Source of the DNA: the human T2T-CHM13v2.0 reference genome, Homo sapiens
DNA: 64,000 bases
Direction: 5' to 3' (one strand)
Assembly: GCF_009914755.1 (NCBI RefSeq)
Contig: NC_060927.1
The translations under genes were made by a program, and so were the position numbers. The notes beneath the pieces were generated by a model. It was not told the origin of the DNA, did not search any database, and worked only from the letters and a program-made list of their open reading frames with translations. Below are positions 13,520 to 27,675 of the stretch, piece by piece; the stretch's first letter is position 1; every line of letters begins with the position of its first letter.

Positions 13520-13690
13520 TAGCAATGTGGCATAGTGGTTCTCTTGACCTCTTGGCTTGGGCAAGATATACACCCAGGTTCTAATTCTAACTCTGCCAAC
13601 TTGGCCAAATGTTTTAACATCTCTAAAGCTCAGTGTCCATTATAAAATAAGAATCATAATATGAACTATCTCCTACTGCTTTCTAAGAGT
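13520..13690 (+). mobile_element. MIR fragment
   Basis: TGTGGCATAGTGGTT...CCCAGGTTCTAATTCTAACTCTGCCA...CTCAGTGTCC, with head and core. Confidence 0.65.
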
Positions 13691-15138
13691 TCAGTCATCT
13701 TGAGCTCAGCATCCCCAGGAAAGACAAAACAGGTCTTCCTCACCAGTTTGACAACACTGGGCCTTTTATAGATGTATCTAATGATGGATTAGATGCTGTG
13801 TTCTGTTTCCTTTTGACTTGCTTCTATAAGAAGATAAGAACTTTAAGCAGGCTGTGAATTCTTTCAATACAAAGCAATCTCCAAGGGGAAACATTAGCAG
13901 TGGTTTTGGTGTCTGTATATTTTGAGTCAGGAGCTTACCCTATGGACAGATCATCAGCAGAGCTCCTAATGTCCTGCCACATGGGGTGTGGGGATATCAG
14001 GCTTCCAGTTAAGCACTCAGACTGCTGGGGATGAAAACAGCTGGCATACGAGCTTTCTGGACTGGAAAAAGGGAACTGGCCTGCAGTAGTTCCCAGATTC
14101 AGCCTCAGGAATGGTGCACCCTAACCTTTGCCTAAGATGGCAGAAAAAGAGAGGGGTTGCCTGGGGGCATCTAGTGAGGGTTGCATGGATTGTAGAGTAG
14201 GTAAAAAGGAATTATTCCACAGTTAAGCAAGGAGAGGTGAGATGAGAGGTGGATTTCCAGCCATACTGCCAAGCCGACCTCACTAAGCTGACCTCAGCCA
14301 TGTTCAGGCTCAGCTTTCTTCCTTGTCCAAGAATGAGAAACCCAGAGCCTGTTCTTCCCATCAACTTCCTGCTAGTGCATAAAGAAAGCTCACATCTCCT
14401 GGCTGAGAAAAAGCAGCCCCACAAGGCTTGTGAATAAATGAATATGCACTCCAACCTACTGATGCATCTGTGAACTTTGATTTCACTTCTCAGGAGCACA
14501 ATTTTATTACAGCCAAGTGCTTCATTCTGCAAAAAAATGCCACAGAGGGAAACAATGAAATTATACCCGCTTTGTTTGGACTTCAATGGCATCACAAACC
14601 ACAGAAACTTTCCATGATATCACCTCCCCTTAATGGGAATATTTACTGCTTAGGTCCCTTGAGTAATATCTTCTTTCTTTCACACTCTGTTCAATTTCAG
14701 GTTTCAATTTCAGTAATTTTATTGACATGACAATGTACACAAATGCTGCTGGAGTTAATCCAGCAATGCTCCATGGCTGGGGCCCGTTTTATATCATCAC
14801 TGTCTTTTCTATTATTCTCCATCTCTCATTTGGTGATAGGCTGTCACAGAACAGGAGAGTTATCTGGTTGTCCTTATTTTCCCTGAAAATTACAGAGAAT
14901 TTCTCCTTCCATCTTAGAAGAAGCCAGTCTATTGCACCTTTGGGCAATTTGAGAAAAAAACACTATCCATTTTCTTCATATTTTACACACAGGAGGCTCC
15001 TCTTCCATCTCCCTAACTCCCCTGATTTAAAAGTCTGTCTTGTGTAAGTTTCAAATCATATCTGGTTATTGTTGCTTTTTTACATTTCTGCTTTGAATTT
15101 GGAATTATGTATCTTAAACCTATTAAAGGTTTGGGACA

Positions 15139-15581
15139 TGTATTCACTTATTGGACTGTGGTAAGAAATTGCCACAAACTTGGTGGCTTAAAACAACAGA
15201 AATGTATTGCCTTCCAGTTCTGGAGGCAGAAGTCCAAAATCAAGGTGTTGGCCAGGCTATCTCCAAATCCTCTAGGGGAGAATCCTTCCTTAACTCTTCC
15301 TAACTTATAACCTTCATGTTCCTTGGCTTGTAAGTGCATCATTCCAATCATGGATCCCATAGTCATATGATGTTCTCTCTGTTCTGCCTGCATCTGCATC
15401 CACATTTCCCCCTTCTTATACAGACAACAGTCGTTGGATTAGGGCTGACCCTAATCAAGCTTGACCTCATTTTAACTTGATTATATTTGCAAACATGCTA
15501 TCTCCAAACAAGGTCACATTCACAGATACTGGGGTTAGGACTTGAATATCTCTTCTGGGGGACAAAATTCAACCCATGACA
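15139..15581 (-). mobile_element. MLT1B/C solo LTR
   Basis: AAATTGCCACAAACTTGGTGGCTTAAAACAACAGAAAT...CAGTTCTGGAGGCAGAAGTCCAAAATCAAGGTGTTGG...AAGGTCACATTCACAG...AATTCAACCCATGACA. Confidence 0.85.
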
Positions 15582-16504
15582 TGATATTTTAAGGAAATAT
15601 AATAATCTGTTAATATGACTCTCAGGAACCCCATTCTGGAACAATTGAGCAGCACAATCACAACCTGTGGCTTACAGCCCGGATTTTGGAACATTTCTAC
15701 AAGAGATGTTTAAGTCTCTAAACAAACCAACAACTGAAGCATCCAACACTCCCCATGCTCCCAAAAAGTTCTCATACTTACCTATCTGCATTGTTTGCTG
15801 GAAATCAAATACACAGAGGCTGAGACCATGAAGCACTAACAGCTAAGTTACTCACCTCACCCCATCACCTATTGCATACAAATGCAGGTACCAGGAAGAT
15901 AACAAAATAATTGGAATCCAAACAGAAATCCCATACCATAGCATTCCCTAGAATGTGCATGTGCACACACACACATACACTTTACACATTCTTTTCATTA
16001 GCACTACTGGTTTTGAGATGTTTTCTCTGTCTGGAATAATCACTCATCTTTGTGAAGTAGTTCTGATGACTCAGAAAGAGCTCTTGCTTCCTCACTGTGA
16101 AGGTCAATGGAAAGACGTACCTAATGAGCACATGGGTGTTAAGGTGCATTGGAGAATGTCCCCCTCCCTATTAGCTGGCCTGACCATACTGGGCCATTTC
16201 ACTGTAACCTCAGTCACTGCAACAAATGTCCCCTGACCCTCACCTTCCAAATCCAACTGGTCTCAAAGTCTGTCAAAAACATTTTCACCTTTCACCCCTG
16301 TGCTCTTCTCCCCAGTTCCTCTGTTTCTGCCCTGCTTATATCTTGGTCATTTCTCAACTGGACTGTTGGAGCAGTCTTCCAGTTGGTGACTCTGTCACAG
16401 GGTTTGCCCCTTCCAATCCTGCTTCCACATTGCTGTAAGAGAGATGTTTTTAAACTATGCATTCCCAATGCTCAGAACCTGCTGTGGCTCCTCAACCCCT
16501 AAAG

Positions 16505-16992
<488 letters not shown>

Positions 16993-18639
16993 GCCTAAAG
17001 AATAAAGGCTGTGCTTCTAGGTATATAAGACAATCTTTGACTTGGTCCTGTCTATTTCTCCAGCTTCATTTCCTTTCACCTTTCCCACTGATATTTTAAA
17101 CCCCACCAAAACTATCTACCTGTATTTCTCAACAGACATCATGCTGTTGCCTGTGGTTGTCATATCTTTCTTCCTGCTAGCAATTTGCTTTCCCACTTTA
17201 TCTGTCTTCAAAATCTTGCTCAAGCATCCCCGCCTCAAAGATGTCTTCTTTGTCCCCTGTTAGGTACCTTATACATGGTTCTATTATTTTTCTATTTTTA
17301 TACTCCCTCAGTCCCTCCCTAGCTAGACTATGGGATCCTTAAGGGTTCGAATTATACCCTTTGACTTGCTTCCCAGAATTGTCAAGAGATGCTCAACCAA
17401 CACTTATATTTCTGCACTTAACCAGGAAAATTGGTCAAAGAAGTCTGCACAGTGAGGTGTCTACTCTGCTCATTTGTGAGCCTTATAAATCCTCAGTTTC
17501 ATCTGTATATAGGATATCTCTTAAAATTCTGTTTGTGATCATCCAAACTTAGAGGATGAGGAAATGTACAGCAAGGTCTGTCTGTGTATAGGACTTTTCC
17601 TTCATAATACTTTCATCGATGAAGAATAAAAGGAAATATACAAATATGTCTGAAAAATACTTCAGCTATAAACAGACATAAACTGGAGAAAAACAGGCTC
17701 TGCCACAGAATGAAAAGTACAAGGACGGTGGAAAATGATATATGCTGGTTTAATATCAACTGGGGTGAGAGAGCTGTCATAGGGAGGAGATTCTAGATCA
17801 CTGAAGTCCATTACAGTCTGCACACTTCTCAAGGAAAATCAGCCAGGGTCATCACTGCAGAAGGAGTACTAAGGATAACAAACAACCACCTCCACGTAAT
17901 GGTAATATGAAAGCTGAGCAGAGCCAATATGCAGACCTTGGGTAGGGAGTGGCTTGGGTTTTCTGATGTTTACAAATCCAAGCCAGCCTGATTGGGAGCT
18001 GCTGGGATACTACACACCTGCCACTTCACCTGCTGGTCCTGGTGAGCTCGGTGTAGGTAATAATCATGAGCAGAGCCATATTACTTTGGCTTTCTGCCAA
18101 CTAGTCCTCATTGCTAGGGGCAGCAAAACGGAGTGTTCCCTCTCCTAATGCCCAGGGCTATGGGCCTGGGACTGGACTATCCAGGAAAACTGTTGCCTGG
18201 GTGGCTTTCCTTGTCCTAACCTCTGAGACCTGCCAGAAGGAAAGAATAACAGAGAATGGGCAATTACCATTTTTCATATTTAGAGAAAAGAGCAGCAGAA
18301 GTCACACTTAAGTGTAATGTTGAGAATAACATAACTTTGTGCTGATCAGCCCAACCCTGTCAAAGAGAGACTTTGACTCCTAACATTACTGAACTCCGTC
18401 TCACCTAAGTGAGATAAAGTAGATGACTTAGTAATTAATTTAGATGCTTTTATGGGCAGGCATGAGGAAGATATAAGCTAGCTGAAATAGTGTATCATTT
18501 TTTTGTAGTGGTCTTGGGGAATATGGGCCAGGAAATGGGGAGAAGATCTAACTGTAAGGAAGCTGAGACTGATTAGGGATGGGGCTGCTGTGGTGAACAT
18601 TTTCTAGGTTCAAAGACCATGATGATGCAGGTACCCCTG

Positions 18640-20612
18640 GCATCAGCATCAGCTCAGACTCCAAAGCTAATCTCGTATTCCCCTTTTGTAAGCATGCAGT
18701 TAACCTGGCAAATGACCGCAGGTCACTGTGGAGAAGGGTCTGTGAAATACTTGCCATACACACATGCAATTATACCGCAAGGTTTTTACTGAGTGGATGT
18801 GGCCTTCTATTCACAGAGCAGACTCTGGGATTGTGAACTGGAACAGGTGAAGGACTGTGGCTTTCCATTGTGGCAGCTGAGATGGCCTTTTTTGTTATTT
18901 TACAAATGGAGCAACACTGTAATCAGCTATCCCTCTATCACTGCACACCGCCCTTCCCCACCACTGCCATGATCTGTTTAGTCATTTCTACAAGCCCCTG
19001 TAAGTCAATGCACCCCAATTACCACTTGCCTATTATAGCAACCTCTGACCCTAAGTGCTGCCACCTGCCTCCATCATCCTATAATCTTATCATCCCACTG
19101 GCATTAGGGAGCCCAGGTTCATGACAGCATCTCCTGTAGTTAACCCCGTCCCACAGATGACAGCACCACCAAGTTTCTTAAAAGATTCTAGTGTTCCCCT
19201 AGCCTGTGCCTTCTGTATTGCCTTAAGGAAAGGGTGCACTTAGAACCCCCCAAGGGAATATATCCAACATGGTTCTTGTGTCTTACTTAATAAATCCATT
19301 CTAAAAGTTCCATCTCCCTGAGCCCCTGACTCTTTCCTTAAATACTGTGCAAAAGAAATTCTAGTTTCTCCACCTTATTATTATAGGCCAGTGGTTTTCA
19401 AAATTTAGTAATCATCCAAATAACCTGGAGGGCTTATTAAAACATAGATTGTAGAAGTCCACTCCAGCATTTCTGATTCAGTAGAGGAATTGCATGTCCC
19501 CAGGTGATGCTAAATCTGCTGGTCTGGGACCACACTTTGAAAATCTCTGTGAACTGTAATCCATTGTCATATACAAGCTTCAAAGGGCCATCCAAGGAAA
19601 CTATTATGACCAATTTCAAATGCAAGTGTCCCTGTCAAACCATTGAATCCTAATTCATGGGCAAGTGCCCCAACAATAAATTTCTATCTAGTCATATTAT
19701 TTTATGGTTCAACACCCATAAGATCCATGGACACATGTGTTCTAGTCCCTGCTAGTACATATTAAATAAGTCCTTTTTTCACACTGTAAGCTATTTTCTC
19801 CTGCAGAAGAGCTGTACTTCTCTACTTAGTATGTGTTGACATCTGGCTTTTGTTATTGGCCTAAATGAATTGGAGTTGGAGGAGTAAGAGAAAATCTTGT
19901 GAAAAACAAGCAAAACCTAGTGAGGTGCCTAACTCAGGTGAGGTCATTGCACAATCTGCAGGAAAGAGGAGTCTTCTGTCCTCTAACAAAGGATGGAAAT
20001 CTTTTGCCATTCCAGAAAGTTCAAAGAAATCTGAGAATTCAACATCCTCTGGCTCATCTACCAAATTGCCCTTTCCCAAGTCTCAGGATTCCGCTATTTT
20101 TTCATGCAAGACATGACCATGACATGGGAGACTTGTCCAGCTACACATTCTGTTTCCTTTGCAGCTCCAATGCCCTTACAATTAAATGCTGGGCCTGGTC
20201 TCAGCACAGCCTGCCCTGTGGCTGCAGAGATAAACATCTCTTTAAAAGCTTCCATAGGAATTTCTGATTTCCACGACATAATTTATCAGTTGCCTGTTCT
20301 GAGATTGTCATTTTTAAGGCTCTAATGAGGTTTTTTAAACCATTACATTATACAACTCCTATAATTATCATTGCCCCCGTACTGTTCAAGAGCCATAACC
20401 ACCATGTATTATAACACTTCACTTTGTATCTGCACTTCATCCCAAGTAAACCTAAACAGAAACTTTAGTTGTTATAATGCCACTGCCTTTCAGAAGTCAC
20501 CACTATCCCACTTATTACTGGCATAAAAATTCTTATTCTCATCCAATGCATGGATAGCATAGCTCCAAAATGCCATCCAGGAGTTGACTTCCTTGAACCA
20601 CTGCTAGTGCCA
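18640..20612 (-). mobile_element. ERVL-class endogenous retrovirus internal (leader/gag-like) remnant
   Basis: Antisense ERVL/MaLR-int-like blocks (GTTAACCTGGCAAATGACCGCAGGTC.CT.TGG.GAAGG; AAGTGCTGCCACCTG; GGGAGCCCAG; ACAGCATCTCC). The minus strand begins TGGCACTAGCAGTGG, a PBS-Leu-like start, directly after the LTR. Confidence 0.65.
19389..19549. mobile_element. MER5A MITE inserted in the ERVL internal segment
   Basis: CAGTGGTTTTCAAA...ACCTGGAGGGCTTATTAAAACATAGATTG...TTCTGATTCAGTAG...GGACCACACTTTGAAAATCTCTG. Confidence 0.85.
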
Positions 20613-21148
20613 GCTTTCAAAGCAGGAAACAGAGCCCGATGCAAGGGGCTTATGTGCTTTACTTACTTAAGGAGTTCAATCTCAGGTGGTAGGAGTGAGG
20701 GTCAAAGAGACTAAAGCTGGAAAGGCAGGGAAGTGAATACAGGAGCATTATATTTGCCACCACTAAGTGAGGCTGATTGCTCAATCCTGCAGGACCATCC
20801 CTGAGAAGTAATGTAAGGTCCATCCATTAGGAAGTGATGAGATAAAATGTATCCACTGAATCCCATCTCCCATTAAAAAGGTTCATCCCATGAAGGAAAC
20901 CTCACTTCGAAGTAATATATGTTACCTGAACGGGCGTTTTGCAGCAGCATCAACAATAAAACTCTAGAGCATGAGGCAAGAGGCACCAGATGCAAGCATG
21001 AGGCAAAACTCCAATGGTTTTACAAGAGACAAGTTGTGTCTCTTGTAAAACCATTGGAGTTTATGCATATTTGGTCACCAAAGTGCCAGGTGGGACAAGA
21101 GGGAAAGAGGTACGGACAGAGGTAAATATATAAGAAATATCCAATACA
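20613..21148 (-). mobile_element. ERVL-type 5' LTR (subfamily not assigned)
   Basis: AAACAGAGCCCGATGCAAGGGGCTTATGTGC...GGAGTGAGG matches the antisense pattern of old ERVL LTRs. Ends ...CCAATACA (TG start on the minus strand) and abuts the PBS-like motif. Confidence 0.55.
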
Positions 21149-21509
21149 AATAGTGTACTAAACACAATTCCTGTTCTCTTTCTATTGGCCGGGGGGGCAG
21201 GAAGATTGACATTTAACAAATTAATATATTTGCAGTATGTCAGATGGTGGTCAGTAGACGTATATTAGAGAGGGTCCATCAACAAATGCTCACTGTTGAT
21301 TATAGATATGTTTTAAATGCAATCCTTTCAAAAAGTATGATCAAGGGATGTTAGCTTTCATGTTGCCATCTGATGTCACTAAAAGGCATGAAGAATTAAG
21401 AATCCTGGTCACTGTCTGATAAACTGGTTTTAGGTAAGTCAACTAACTTCCCAGGATATCAATTTCCTCATCTTTAAATATATATGATAATACCTTCTAA
21501 TGCCTTTAA

Positions 21510-21761
21510 AAATTTTTAGTTTTATTGAGGTATATTTAACGTACAGTAATTACACTTCAAACATTTAAAGTGTACAATTTGTTAAGTTTTGATATATGTA
21601 TACACCCATGAAGTTATCATCAAAATCAAGACAATAAACACAAACGTTACTTCCAAAAGTTTTCTCCTCCACTTTGTAATCCTCTCCCACCTTTTCTTGT
21701 CCTCCACATCTGCAGGCTTCTTTTGCATTTTCCAGAATTTTATATGAGTGGAATCATACAG

Positions 21762-21810
<49 letters not shown>

Positions 21811-21885
21811 GTCTGTGTGTGTGATTTCTTTCACTTGGCATAATTATTTTGGGATTCATCATGTTGTATTGCAAATGAATAATGT
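21510..21885 (-). mobile_element. L1MB/ME 3' end
   Basis: TTTATTGAGGTATATTTAAC.TACAGTAA, TTTAAAGTGTACAATTTG, AGAATTTTATATGAGTGGAATCATACAGTAT. Confidence 0.8.
21761..21823. repeat. Compound microsatellite (TA)n(TG)n(CG)4(TG)n
   Basis: Read directly from the sequence. Confidence 0.95.
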
Positions 21886-21899
21886 TATCAGTAGTCTCT

Positions 21900-22935
21900 G
21901 TTTCATTTGAGATCATTTCTGGATCTTTCATTCGGCAATGTCTAATCTTCCCTTAATTTCATCTAGTGTATTTTTTATTTTGCACACTGTAATTTTTGTC
22001 TTTAGTTTAATTTTGATCTTTTTAATATTTTCTGTCTTTCCTTAACTTTTTGAACACATGAAATACATTTACAACTCTTTAAATGCCCTTGTCTGTATTA
22101 GTTCTGAATTGATTTCAGTTGACAAATTTTTCTCCTCATTCTGGTTTGTATTTTCCTTCTTCTTTGCATGTCTGATAAATTTTTATTGGATGTCAGACAT
22201 TGTCACTTTACCTTGTTGGGTGCTGGATATTTCCGTATTCCTATAAGTATTCTTGAGATTTGTTTGAGGATGCAGCTAACTTACTTAGAAACTGTTTGAC
22301 CCTTTCAGGTGTCATTTTAAAGATTTGGTAAATGGGACCACAGCTCTCTAGAACTAATTATTCTTATTAAAGGAAATTTCTTCTGAAATCTACCTAACAC
22401 CTTTCAAATCATGATATTTTCCAGTCTGACTATTGCGAACAGGCATATTCCCAGCCATGTGTGAACACTGGGCACTGTAACCTCTAATCCTTTTGGGTGA
22501 TTCTTTTACTGGCCTCAGTTGTTATCCCCATACTCATATACTGATCAGTACTCAGCTAAGTAGTTGAGAGAGACCCTCTGCAGGTATCTGGATGTCTCTC
22601 TATGTGCAGCTTTTTCCTTGTTGGTGCACTGTTCCACACACTAATTGTCCTGATCTTCTCAGACTTGCAGCCTCCTTAATCCAGGTTGTCTGCTGGGCTG
22701 TACCAAAGTTCCCCTTCCCTGTCCCATGGCCTGGAAGCTGGGGAAATCATTGGATTACCTTGTTTGTTTTTCATCTTTCAGGTATTACTGCCCTCTGTTG
22801 AAATATATGAAATAATGGTATTGAAAACTATTATTTATATATATATATATATATAAAACCATTATTTCATGTATTTTGTCATTTTTTGGTTATTTCAGAT
22901 AGAAAGATAAATCTGGTTCTATCTGGGCCCAAAGA
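21900..22935 (-). mobile_element. Old L1M (L1MD/ME-like) 5'/ORF1-side fragment
   Basis: TTTTTATTGGATGTCAGACATTGT, CTGATCAGTACTCAGCT.A...GACCCTCTGCAG and TTGAAAACTATTATTT are antisense L1M 5'-region motifs. Contains (TA)n at about 22836-22855. Confidence 0.65.
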
Positions 22936-24996
22936 AGTAGTCCTTTGTAATCGTTCTAAGGATTATGCTTTAATATACTTACAGATCATGGCTCAGTTCC
23001 TAGCCCCTGGTAAGCATTCAATAATGGCAATAATTGTGGTGGTTGTGACACTAGTAGTAGAGGGTAGTTTTGTGTTGATTTTCTCATTATATGTATTATA
23101 ATTCAGTTGTCCCACAGCTCAACAGTTTGTAAGTGTGTGCGAGGTCACATTAGCAGCAAAAATCAAAGACAAGAAAACATATTCCTGTCCTGCAAAATCT
23201 CTCCAGTGTCTCTGAGTGGTTTCAGGGAATCTCACAAATATACTCACAACGAAGCATTCTCCTTCTATGACTGTTGCTCCTTCAACACTCATCCCAGTTC
23301 TTTACCACTACTCCTTAGGGTACTGCAGACCCTTTATCTTCCACATTACCACTCTGCTGGGCCTTTGTTTTCACCTGCACATCTGCCAAGCATTGTGCTC
23401 TTTGTCACTGAAATAGCAGGTGCTATGGTCTCCATTTATGCTGTCCTAGAGCCAGAGATGTCTGCTTTGCTGGATATAATCTCCTCTTGCTTTACCAAAA
23501 AGTACCAACAATACCTCAGAGTCCTTATGGTGCTGAAGGGCCAAAGTGGTCAGCTTTGGGTGATGGGGTGACCATTCTCCATTCAACACCTGGTTTTAGA
23601 GAAAGCGAACTGCTTATGCTCCAGTTTCTGCCAGACTGTTCAGAGCACCAGCTCTTTCAAATTTTACTCTCAGCCTCCCTAATGTCCACAGAATACAAAT
23701 ACTCATTGTCTCTATCCTGTTCACTGTTGCAATTATACACATAACACAGTGACTGCTACATATTAATGCCTCAGTAAAAGTGTTTTAAATGAAGGGATGA
23801 GTGAAACGGGAACTGGGCTAGGAGAAAACATAAAGACTCTCAGCCAACAACTAAGGCTTTTGTTCTAGACACATGAACTAGCCTGGCTCCTTCTCCCATT
23901 GGGGTGAGTTCACACAGGAGGCTTGTCAGTCTCCATTAAACACAGCAATCTGGCAGAATAGCCCCTCCAGTTTTCTATTCATGCCAAGATATATCTGGAA
24001 CCTCAACTACACCATCAGGCAGTAGGCCAAGAAGTCACTGCTATCCTATTTCCCATCTTAAATAATGCCCAGCCATGTTGTCCAATCAAGCTCGCCAGAC
24101 AGTGTTAAACAATATGCCGCAGATGATTAACAACATAGTCCAAAGAACACAATGCCTACATAATAAAATGTCCCAAACTGGCCCATAAAATTTAACATTG
24201 TATTCCTTCTCCTTCTTCCAAGTCCTTCCCTTGTTGATGCAGAAGAATCCAAATTCTAAAGAAATCAGTTTTCTATCCCCTGTTGTCATGAGTAAAATTC
24301 CAAAATATATGCAAACTTTTTCCTTCCACCACTTGCTTTCCTTTCAGCTCACCCCAGCCAGAGGGGTCGCACTCAAGGCAAAAGTACCTTTGTACTCCTT
24401 CTTCAGCAGCTGTGGCATGCTCCACCTTCCCCTGGAAGTGAGGACACCACCTTCCCACCTAGTCTCTCATCTGTTCCATTTTCTCAAAAAGCCAGGGAAT
24501 TAACAGGCTACATAAGAATACCACTTCACCAATTCCAACCCACAAAATTGTAAAAATACAAGCGCATCCCCATATTAAATGTGGCTATTGCCACAGCTTA
24601 CAATTTAAGCCCCAACACTGTTATGCAACAGCATTTCCCAAGGAAGAGCGATAATGTCTCTAGGATATAATGTATCCGTTGCAAACAGAAATTACATTGC
24701 CATTACCACACAGCGGGGTCACAGCATAAGACTAACCCTTTGCTCAACACAATCTTGGAAGTAGCTCACTGATATTTTGGAAAATGTTAATGGAAAGCAT
24801 CCTGGCATATCACTGCCAGAGTTAATAATCCCCAATGTTTTGGCCATGTTGAGGATGGCGATGTTTGCTGATGAATTTTCTCCTGGGCCCTCTGTCTAGG
24901 ATTAAAGCCCTACTGTCTTCTGAAGCCTGCTTCAGGCACATAGGTACAGAATATCCTAGGCATCATTCTCATAAGCTTTGAGTCCTTGGCTTTCAA

Positions 24997-25294
<298 letters not shown>

Positions 25295-25894
25295 CTTGGC
25301 TTTCTTTATATGTTCTTCCTGCTATTGAATCTGCTTCCTGCATCCTGCATTGCCAAGCAGTGCAAGCTGTAGGACTCAGCAGCTCAAATACGATTGGCAG
25401 ATCTTAAATGGCTTGCAGTGTCTGCAGAGCTAGGAGCACACCTGTTTATCAGAGGCCATTACTAGTCGTTTTCACCCTGTGTGTCATAGACATCATTTTC
25501 ACTGCAGGCCACACTCTGGGCATCTGAAGCCACAGTAAAATGTACAATTTGATTATGTTGAGATATTGCTAAAGGACTTTATCTAAAGATCCATTCCAGA
25601 GGTCTGCAGATGGCAGTTGAGGAAATTGCTGCTCCTTTGATGACCTGAGGCAGGAGAGTGCCTGGGTGTTCACTGTAGCAATGCCCTCAGCAGGCTGGCC
25701 TTCCAGAGTGAAACATAGATCTCCATACAATGAGAGATGAGAATGGTAAGCAGGGCTTCTATAGTCATTTGGTCATTCTAGTCAATCCTAGCCTTAGGGA
25801 AAGTAGTTCAGAGACAGACCTGACAGGTCATACTCCACGCAGGGGAAACCACACACCACTCAGGGAAAACCTCCAGTCACCATAATGGAAAGTG

Positions 25895-26145
25895 ATACAG
25901 GCTAGTGGTTTAACATTTGGGTTTTGGAAATCAAAGAACCTGTATTTGAATATCTGCGCCACCATGTCCTATCTGTGGGACTTTGAAGAACTTACAGATA
26001 AGCTTTCGGAGAGTCTTCCCTCATCTGTAAAATGGGGATCATGATAGAACCTACAGCCAAATCAGGAATTTTATGTTAAAATGTATTTAAAGCATTTGTC
26101 ATGGGGACTGGATGATAGTTTATGTGCTCAGTAAATGGAAACTAT
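25895..26145 (+). mobile_element. MIR
   Basis: AGTGGTTTAA...TTTGAATATC...CCTCATCTGTAAAATGGGGATCATGATAG.ACCTAC...GTGCTCAGTAAATG. Confidence 0.75.
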
Positions 26146-26149
26146 TAAG

Positions 26150-26355
26150 AAGTATGAGGAATTTGGATTTAGACAGAGCTGGGCTCCAACTCCAGCCAGT
26201 CCTCTGCTGTAGCCTTCAAGACATACAACTTTTCTGGATCTCAATTCTTCATCTGCACAAAGAATAGAAGAGTAATTGCTTCACATAGTTGTTGAGGGAG
26301 TCAATAAGAAAATGTCTATAAAGTGCCTGGCACTAAGTAGACACTCACTAAATAG
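26150..26355 (+). mobile_element. MIR (second, tandem)
   Basis: AGACAGAGCTGGGCTCCAA...TCTCAATTCTTCATCTG...AAAGTGCCTGGCACTAAGTAGACACTCACTAAAT. Confidence 0.7.
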
Positions 26356-27675
26356 ACCATAAAAGTCTCACTGAACTCCTTCTGGCTGGTTTCCAGGGCA
26401 GTACCTTTGGATTCATACTCAGTTTTACAAAGATTCCTTGGAATTGACCCATTTCTGACAGCCAAATCTCTGCTTTTGGGGACCCTTTCACATCTGTGCT
26501 TCAACATCTGGCTAGATTCTCCTATAGGGCTGAGCATCTCTTAATTTTTGCCTTCCTTCCCTTCCTCTCCACCACCTTTTTAAAAAAGTTATCTTTTTCA
26601 GTAAACTTTTAATTTTATTACACTTTTCTATTTGCAGAAAATTTGCATAGATAGTACAGGTAGTTCTCTCACCCTTCATGCCCAGTTTCTACTGCTAACA
26701 TCTTACATTAATATACTTGTCACAACTAATAAACCAATATTAATACATTATTATCAACTAAACTCCACACTTTATTCAGATATCTTAAGCTTTTACCTAA
26801 GGTCATTTTTCTGTGACTGGATATTATCCTGGACACAACATTGCATTCAGTCATCATGTCTCCTTACACTCCTCTAGATGGTGGCAGTTTCTCAGACTTT
26901 CCTGGGTTTTGATGGCCTTAACATTAAAACCTGAGAAGTCCTGGTCAGGTATTTTGTAGAAATCCTTCAATTTAGATTGGTTCAATATTTTTCTCATGGT
27001 GAGACTAGAGTTATGGTTTTCCTGGCAGGAAGATTTTTATAGAGGCAAAGTGCTATCAGATCCAGAGTACAAGCTATGAACATGACTTACCACTATTGAT
27101 GTTAATCTTGATCATTTGACTGAGGTAGTGTTTCCTCCACTGCAAAGTAACTTTTCTCCCCTTTTCATACTGTATTCTTTAGAAGGAAGTCTATTCACAG
27201 ACCACATGTAAGAGTTGGGGTAGAATGTTTCACCTCCTGGAGGGTGAAGTATTTATATATATTATTTGGGCTTCTTTCACATGGGAGATTTATCTATTCT
27301 ATACTGTTCATGTATTCACTTAATCATTTATTTGTGTCTCATGGATATTTTTGCTTTATATTTTGGGTTAAAATGCAATATCACCTAATTTATTTTCTTG
27401 CTCAATTTATTCCTGCTTTGGCCATTAGTAGTTCTTTCAGCTGGTTCCTATGTCCCTTTGACATACCTCCATCATTGTGTGTTTTTGAACACTTTCTTAC
27501 TTTCTGGGACTATTAAGATGCTCCAGGCTCATCTCTTATATTTCCTGCCCCAGCCTTACAATAAATGACTTCTCCAGGATCCCTGGTTCCTTTTATTAAA
27601 GAATAGCATTAGAAACCAAGATTGGGCTGTAGGTATCTCAGCCCAATCGAGGTATGCTCATTGCTACCAGAGTGT

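Noticed and set aside
23107-23571. 154-aa ORF in mostly unique sequence
   Set aside because: Non-ATG start, no recognisable domain and no convincing splice context; compatible with chance.
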